Source of the DNA: Tubulanus polymorphus
Taxonomy: Eukaryota > Animalia > Nemertea
Direction: 5' to 3'
Assembly (NCBI RefSeq): GCF_964204645.1
Contig: NC_134026.1
Span: forward strand, 248,001-312,000
DNA: 64,000 nt
The number at the start of each line of letters is the position of its first letter. The first letter of the stretch is position 1. The notes under the pieces were generated by a model. That model made no database searches and was not told the origin of the DNA. It saw only the letters and a list, made by a program, of their open reading frames with translations. Both the position numbers and the translations under genes were made by a program. This document shows, piece after piece, positions 55,930 through 64,000 of this stretch.

Positions 55930-56971
55930 ATGCCAAAAAGAAAAGATACTTGTCGGGTAATTACAGACCTATCAATACCGTTTTCATACCTAAATTAATC
56001 TCTGAATATGGATAAATGTATTGTTTCTGTAAGCAAGGTAACCACCCGAAGCATCACAGGATCTCTACCACCACCAAGACCAGTTTCACCCAGCAGTTCG
56101 CCGCCACCTGTTTGCGCCTCACCGAAACGAGGAAAATCTCTACAACCAACATCATCCAAATACGCAGAGACGACCTCCCCGAAAAAGGTAAAATATACCG
56201 AAAATCTAACAGATGGTTTTTCAACAAATAGAATGCCTTACCAAAAGTATTAAAAACGATTAAAAATAGGGATCAGTGAAGAAAAGACCAACAACAACAG
56301 ACACCACTACTTCAACCGAATCGCAAAACCCTCCTCGAGAATTTCAAGATATGTTGAAAATATACAATGGATTTTCCAAAAAGAATTCAGCTAAAATTGG
56401 CAATGATTCAACCGACATAAACTTTGACACATCCCCTCGTAGAAATAATCATAGGAGACTTATTGACGTCACTGAGCTATTGAAAGACATGTTAGAGACT
56501 GTTTACATGTCACAATGTGTTCAGGTAATTTTGAATTGTTAGCCCTCAGTTTAGAGAATTTTTATATTGATATTTGAGGATACAGTCTACAAGATTTTTT
56601 GATTGGTTCCCAAAGTCTTTTTACAATAAGTAGCAAGGCCTGCCACAGAAAACGTCACACAAAATCCTGAAACATTCACATGAAAGATACTTGAGCTTTG
56701 TTTTTTACAGAGTTTGAAAACTAGAATCAACACAATGGAAATAGAAAATAGACCATGTCCAGATTCAGTGGATTGCGATGAACTTGGATTCGAGCTGAAA
56801 TTTCGATTAGCTCTTTATTCGCCTGTGCTGAAAAAAGAACTCCGTCGACAGAATAAAGTATTAGTTGAAGAATCGTTTCCCGCAGTGAGAATGGTGCCGT
56901 TTTACGATATCGATGAAGAACAGGATTGTCACCTTATCTGTGAACTCCGCGGACGCGCGCACATTAACTAA
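55930..56971 (+). CDS. Uncharacterised ~230-aa protein (exons 55930-55956, 56038-56187, 56270-56524, 56711-56971)
   Basis: Phase-0 GT-AG introns join the separate ORFs: MPKRKDTCR|VTTRSITGSLPPPRP...KK|GSVKKRP...QCVQ|SLKTRINT...HIN*. Confidence 0.6.
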
Positions 56972-59900
56972 ACTGGGCGGCGATTCTGGAGAAATTCTCA
57001 CGATCTGTTACTGAGTTTACGAGTGGAATGAAAACATTTTTCCACAACACAATCTACTGGAAGATGTGCAATAACACTGATGATTATAGCGGGCAGATTT
57101 TTCAATTAAAGCTCGTTTTTTTGTTGTCGCATTTTCGCGGTGCCTGAATAACAAGAAAATGACATCAAACCCGCGGCGATGATGAGTGTAGATGAATAGG
57201 GCTGTTACTGTTAATGAATTATCGCTGCTTTGGTCACATCAATAGCCGTTGCTTGATTATCAATTAATGAATTTAATAACGACCGATAATGGGGGTGTAA
57301 TAGTGAACACCAATACCGTCAATATTGTAGTGTAATTACATAACGAGGCACGTCGGGTCTTCGGTAAGCGCATACTCAGTCGCCGGATGTAGGCATCGCG
57401 TTCGTGCCAGGCGGCGACGTCACATCGGTGCGTTTCACAGGACGTTCATTATCGAATCGAATTGAAATGAAGTCGATTCGTTCGAGTGTTTGAGGTTGAA
57501 TCGTCGTGTTGTTCGCTGAAATGTTATTACACCTGATTAACTAACTGACTCATTCGTGTTGTGGTGAATTCTTTCAGATTCCGCTCTGTGAAGCGTAATT
57601 GTCTCATCAATAATAATATTTTGAATTATGAATAGCCATTAGACGTGGTTAATACTGTACTTTGGTTGGCCTTGTATCCTCCGTTCCTATTGTATCCTAG
57701 TGACCCTTTTGTCACTGTTGTATCGTGATTTTTTCATTAGTTGCGTTCAGTACGGAAAGGGCTCGCGATATTTGTTACGCCAGATGACGTGACGAGCAAG
57801 AAAACTTGTTCTCAAATATCCAATATTTGTTGCCAAAGATATTCCATTTATCGATCAACTTTAAACTGAATCTTTGGCTCCCGAATCCATGAACTGAATT
57901 CATTTTTCTGCTCAGTGATTGGTAGTCCTATAATTTTCCATTAAGAATAGATTTATTTAATAAGAGAAAAAGTAATTCTACTAGCGCACCTAGCGGATCC
58001 TCGCGTGCCGATACTGGAATCATCCAGTGCCACAGTAACGTTCGAGGTTCCAGCAACATTAAACTATAACATTTGGACATACTGTATGAGCATTAGCGTA
58101 TGCCAAGTCGTGGTATGAGGGATTTCTGTACAGTTATCATCGTTGAGTTGTTTGCACCAATATAGCCCCGTCAAGCCTCACTGAACATTCTGTGTTTTTA
58201 TTTCTCACACGATTATTTATCTAAAAAAATATCATAACATTCGTATAGACCTAAACTGGATTGATTTCGTGGTGCTGCAAATTTCTCGTGACACGCGACC
58301 GCGATATATGGCACGGTGAGTTTCTGCGCCTCGTCGTGTCACCGGCCCATTACAAAAGGAACACATAACCTTCTTTACGATCGATGCCATTTTGAAACTA
58401 TTTCCGAACGTTCATCTGTCGCTAATTGGTTCGGTTCGTCGTTTGCCATTTTGTTATTTTCATAAAGCGTCCTTTTAGCGTCCATAAACAAAAGCGCATT
58501 TGTCCCGAGCAAACGGCTAGTAGCCATTACTTGTTTACTTTACAAACACGATAATTCGTCAACAGTGAAGGGTAAATACGTTTAATTGCCTCGAAATCTG
58601 GATGAATTATGAGAAATTATTGGAAATCTTTTCTGGAACGTGCTATGGATGATGCCATCATTAACAAAGGAAACAGCGCGGTTGCGCTGTGTGACCAATG
58701 TTTCCAGTCAAACAGAGGAAGTTTTGCCGTTTGATTTCGCGTAGAAACTGTGTACACGGCGAGTCGGTTTGCCCGGTTAGCTATTAACTCAATAATTACG
58801 AGCTTCGATTGCGATTAATAAGTTTTGATTCGGCGCGCGACGAGAAGTGGATATTTTTACAGTTAATGGAGTGAGTATCGTGAGAAACAGGTAAAACCCG
58901 ATTTCATACGGCAAATAGCTTCCTTCAATTACCATTGATGAAATAATCCAGATCCAACAATACAACAAGAAAATGAGTCTTCGAAATGTTTCATTCAGCT
59001 TCAGTTTATTCGACTTTGTCCTGATAGTCATCTTCAGGATTACCGTATCAGGATATACTCGAATAGAATATCAGCTGTATAGAATATAAAACAGTGATTG
59101 CTCCTTCAGACGAACAGAACAAACAAAATCTAGAAATATTTTTGGAGTGTAGACTGTGGTATCCTTTATTTGACAAAATTGGCTGATATTTTACATGTAG
59201 ACAAATATACATAAATACATAAACATTTACTTATCATAAATACATTCATTGTACAATCTGAATACATCGAAAGCATCAGTGCAAATTCACCGGTATATAC
59301 GTCAGATTTTTCAGCATTTTCATTGATAAATATAGCATATAAAAATTACAACAGATAAATCAATTATGTCGGCTTTTTAATATTTGTAATTGTATATGAG
59401 TACGTAAATAGATATGAAACGGTCAGCTCTGAAACGAAGCTATGCAAATCCAACGGTATGTAAAATTTCGAACCAGAAATTGAATGAATTTTAAAAACAA
59501 ATAGAAACTATAGCTTTAAGAACCAGTGAACAGTAGATTGCGTGTGGTTTATGTTAGAATGACAAATTTATAGCTTTTTACGCTTATCAAAGCATAATTC
59601 ATTAAAACAGACATATCAAACCCCATAATCATTGATATATACACAGGATGAATATCCAATTTCATTCATTTCAATAATTCCTTCTAAAAACAACATTGGG
59701 ACGGAACGCACTATATCTATCGGTATTGTATTCGTTGCAGTGCTCGACCGGAAGTGGAGGACGGTATGATCGAAGCAATTTACATCGCTAAAAGTTTCTC
59801 CAACGTTGGATTGCTGGAGCTGAAAAAAGCTCTCCAAGTTTACAAGAGAATCTCCCTGAACTAAAGACCCCTAAACCCCTAAAACTAGTATATTATATAT

Positions 59901-60268
59901 CAGAAATGGAAATGCGGTAACTGGTTAAATATATACTATTGAGTTTTCCTTATATGGATAATACATGTAATAAGACACATAGACTCAGTTCCACTGATAT
60001 GTTATATGTTTGACTCTAGAAATAGAATTAGTTCATTTCTAAGTACGTTTTAGTACCTTTCAGTCAAACAAAAACCTACAACTCTGGAACTGGGTCTTTA
60101 TACTTTAAATGATTGAAGAATATGATAATATATATGTTTTAGGGTAAAGTCATTTTTATGCTCTTCAGGCATCGTTCTGACAGAGAGACACTAGTGTTAT
60201 TAGCTCTCAATGACGTAGAACTACGGGTTCCAAGTGGTTAAGCACCAGATTCACTGATTCACGTGTTT

Positions 60269-63200
60269 TTAACACTCAGTGTTGTTGTCAGTCAGACTAG
60301 ATTCTGTATTGCGATCATTATCACTCCTCGTTGCTGCTGTCTCCTCTCCCTCTCTTTGTCCTTGTTGTTCTTCCTCTTCGGGTTTAGGTTCCGGACGAAC
60401 TTCGTCAGTAGCCAACTCGACGGCTGCGCCATCTGGCGGATTTCCCGCGTCGGGGATATTCGACAGAAATGTGAACTGCGTCACGACGGAGAGTTGACTG
60501 CCGTGAAGCATGGCTTCTTCAATCGCCTGCTCGTAAGTGGGAGGAGGGGTCATTCTCCTGCCGCGGCGGAAGTTAGGCGGACCAGCCGGAAATATGGTCC
60601 GGTAACTCGGTGGGCGGCCGAATCGAGAGAAAAACGCCGACAGGGACGAATCGCGTCTGTTTCGGCGACCGCGATGACTGACATTCTCGGATATAGTTTC
60701 TAAATGATTAGTACTCGCGTATTGGTCATCATCACGTGGTCTAGTGTTTGGTGAACGGGTGCGATATATAGCCACACTTATACCTACTATAATCGCCATA
60801 CACACCACACATCCTGTAACACCTCCCGCTATTTTGATCGTACTGTCATTGGGTTTACCTGCGAAATAAAACAATGCTGTATGAAATAAGTATCGAAAAC
60901 AATTTACAGAATCTAAAAATTACGCCACCCTAACCCTTCAATATTTCTGGAATTTTTTTCAGCTTCTTAAATGAAGCCCACTTGACCATTTTGAATGTAA
61001 AACAAAATTTCCAATTGTATTTTTATAAAATGATATTCAAATTATTTGTGAAAATATCTAGTAGTTACAGAGATACGATCAAAGCTATCCAGGCTCCAGT
61101 TTCACGAAACTCATTTTTTTAAATTTTATTGCTATTGTTTACTTGATATCGTCAATGAGGACAACGGTTCAAACTTAACTGATTAAAGCTTTAAACTTGT
61201 TCATGAAACTGGACTCAGGGCCCGGTTGCACGTTTGCGACTAAGCCCAAAAGTAGTCTTAAGTTTAGACTTCCTAAATGATATTTATAATCAAGATGGTC
61301 TCAGACTGGTCTTCAATCTAAGACATGCCTGTACAACATGAGCTGTATCAATAAACATTATACCTTTATCATTTGTACCAGAGCCTGATTTATCTTCATC
61401 TGTACAGTCTTTATTGAAGGGCGATTCGTCAGTTTTATCTCCACAGTCATTAGTTCCGTCGCAGACTAAACTCTGGAAGACGCACTTGCCGTTATGACAT
61501 CGGTAGAAGTGAGAATTCGGGCAGGGTGGATAGGCTATCGTGAATAGAAAGCAAAAACTTGGTTTTTATCGAAGTGATTTAGATAAACATTAAGCCTTGC
61601 GACCGCCTGTACGTTCGTCGCAGACTCGCCGCCCTACGCGCCCATGGGACTATACCAGTGACGCCAGTTGCAACAAGCTTTGCATGTTCTCAATGTTTTA
61701 CTTTCGGCGACGCGACCTTTTCTCTTTTTAGTCACAACCCTGATAGACGCTGCTTTTGCAAAAGACAAACACAGTGTCACGAGCGACAGACACGCCCTTG
61801 CATCAGAGGAATCCATTTGGGTTCAGTTGCCATGGACCGCATCGCATCAACCCACACCCGCCCTCTATACATGAATGCATGGTGGCGTCGCAAGTCAACC
61901 CATACCCGCCTTCTATACATGAATACATGGCAGTGGCGGATTTAGCCTACCGCACTTGCCGCTAATGCGGTAGTCAACATTTTTCCTCTAACAACATTTT
62001 ATTTATTTCATGGATGGATTTGACTTAGCTGATTCCTTGGAAAAAGTACCCATATTAAAACAGGATTTAAAATCCCCCGTAGGCACGTCGTGCCTTCGGC
62101 ACTCGTATTGCACATCTCGTGCCTTCGGCACTCGGTTGCCGAAAATGCGGTAGTCATATTATGCTTCTGGATCCACCACTGCATGGTGGCGTCGCAAGTC
62201 AACCCACACCCGCCCTCTATACATGAATACATGGTGACTGTACTGTAAGGGTTAACGATAATTCCTGCATCCCGCGGATTTCGACAGTTAATTTATGACG
62301 ATGAACAAAACGGATGTAAAATATATAGTCGCATGCGATGGTTGTACTTAATGGTAACTCACCGATGCCACTACAGGGGGCGTTGCGAATATGAATCTCA
62401 TCGAGACCTAAACCATATCTATTATACTTTTTGTATATCTGTCTAAGTTCGAACACAATCTGAAATATTAAATTGAAATCAACATTATATTTCAGTCTCT
62501 GAATAGTTACATTGACAAAATGTTGTGAAATACTGATGAAAAATAACTTAGTAAAGTTAAGACCCTCGAAAATGTTTCTACAAAACACACTTTTGATATT
62601 AGTTTATCGCTTGTTCGTGACGATAGAAAATATAAGTTTCCAAGAATTAGTTACCAGGAATTGATAAGCGGACGGTACAAAGCTGACAGAAACTTTAATC
62701 CAACGTGAATCACTGGAAGGTATTTTCCAATTTGTAAGAAATTTCAGCGACATTTTATCCGCATCATCGCCTCGTGAACCTTCATAGACGCTTAACTTAG
62801 TCATCTGATTTCGAATATTCGCATTCGTGAACCAAAAATCTAAACATTTCCAGCCTTTATCCCACGTACGGATGATCGGTGTACTGATGACAATTTCTCG
62901 GGGATAGGGACCCATCGTTAACAAATAATGACCCATCTTAGTACCATCTGTAAAATAACAAAACGAACATTAATCTTTTGGACGATTAACTATTTCTTAA
63001 GCCGGTAAATTCAACAAATATAGTTTCAGACTTTTTAGAGATTATGATCTATTTACATTAAGAGTGAACAAGGAAGTGGTTAGATTACGGTATGTCCTAT
63101 ATTTTCTTCATTATTTAAATCATGATTTCAAAAATGCTCTCTATCACGGGACTTTCCATATTTCCTTTATTATTTACATCATGATTTCAAAAATGCTCGC

Positions 63201-63407
63201 AATAGAATCGATTTCCTTTTGTAATTCATCTGAATGAATCATGATGCGTGTAGAGCATGGACGATAGATTCATGGTCAAAGCGAACTTACATTTCGTGAC
63301 GTCCTCATTTGGAGAGGAGTACTTTGCCAGCACTACCCGGGTGATATTAGCATGCTCGTAGTAATCCACATTACAGGAGCCCTTTTCAAATCCACAATAA
63401 AATAGAT
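60269..63407 (-). CDS. MAM + LDL-receptor class A single-pass membrane protein with PPxY tail, 5'-incomplete (exons 63291-63407, 62655-62947, 62363-62459, 61364-61534, 60269-60858)
   Basis: MAM: CGFEKGSC...GHYL...CLDFWF...W..V.V...IVFE...[12 protein letters not shown]. LDLa: [42 protein letters not shown]: [23 protein letters not shown]. Cytoplasmic PPSY and PPPTYEQA. Splice phases consistent. Confidence 0.85.
61090..61340. mobile_element. Two adjacent MITEs in an intron
   Basis: CAGGCTCCAGTTTCACGAAAC...TTCATGAAACTGGACTCAG followed by CAGGGCCCGGTTGCAC...AGACTGGTCTT (family of 6298-6422). Confidence 0.55.
61846..62234. repeat. 48-bp minisatellite (3 units) interrupted by a MITE
   Basis: Unit TCAACCCACACCCGCCCTCTATACATGAATRCATGGTGGCGTCGCAAG. 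Confidence 0.85.
61931..62181. mobile_element. MITE with TIR CAGTGGCGGAT / ATCCACCACTG and 5-bp TSD CATGG
   Basis: TIR and TSD visible; removing the element restores the 48-bp unit. Confidence 0.75.
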
Positions 63408-64000
63408 CTATATGAAGTAAAAGAAAAAACAGAATTAAAGAATACACACGTGGATATATAGAAGAACACAGCATGGAATCTTCAGACGTTAGGCCTCCTA
63501 TTACCTGAGTTAGAATAGGGTCACAACGAAATATACCTGTTTGCATACAATAAAAATGTTAAGATTGATAATAGATTTCATTCACAACAACGTTTCAGGC
63601 TACTAGCTAGGGGGTAGTCTTAAAACGGAGAGAATGCAACTGATTTTCAAAATATGATCTATATATTTTTTCCATTTCATTGGTTCGGTGCCAATGCTCA
63701 GGACCTCAAGATCAAATTCTAAATCACGTGTTCTCTTTACATTTGGAGTAAAGTTTAATATATATGAACACACGTATATGTGCACAGATCTATTTCAAAC
63801 AGATTTTTATTGACAATGTAATCGATGTCACACGCGCCCCTAGTTAAATGTAAACCTCGTGGTAGCCTGGTAAATATACCGAAATGTCATCTCTGTAAAT
63901 ACGATCGTATGTGACAAGGCGTGGCACATGTCCAACATGTGTGTACTGGTAGTACATATCCATCACCTCTATCAATGCAGCTGCAATGAATATTTGAAAG

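Noticed and set aside
55845-55956. Longer first exon MMENISDHQ... for the orphan gene
   Set aside because: Ends in phase 1, which does not join the proline-rich frame; the ATG at 55930 gives a consistent model.

Overview
AT-rich eukaryotic (metazoan, probably lophotrochozoan invertebrate) genomic DNA with GT-AG introns. It is not prokaryotic, and I see no CRISPR, rRNA or intact tRNA. Genes reconstructed by hand: (1) two ~910-920 aa carnosine-synthase-1-like (CARNS1, double ATP-grasp) paralogs arranged head-to-head as a ~3 kb inverted duplication (23131-26280 minus; 30551-33974 plus); (2) a three-exon Emx/empty-spiracles homeobox gene (46641-50295 minus); (3) the 3' part of a MAM-LDLa-TM-PPxY receptor gene (60269 to at least 63407, minus); (4) three uncharacterised genes. 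The main finding is the CARNS1-like pair. The copies are almost identical, including some introns, except in three short patches that fall on catalytic/substrate motifs of the C-terminal ATP-grasp domain. There each copy keeps the canonical motif the other has lost, which suggests a selection-protected, functionally split peptide-ligase pair. The spacer holds a duplicated first coding exon and a Gypsy LTR element nested in a LINE. The window also contains Penelope-type minimal hammerhead motifs, several MITE families and a 12x51-bp minisatellite built from a gene's own stop-codon region. All coordinates and alignments were read by eye; no database search was run.
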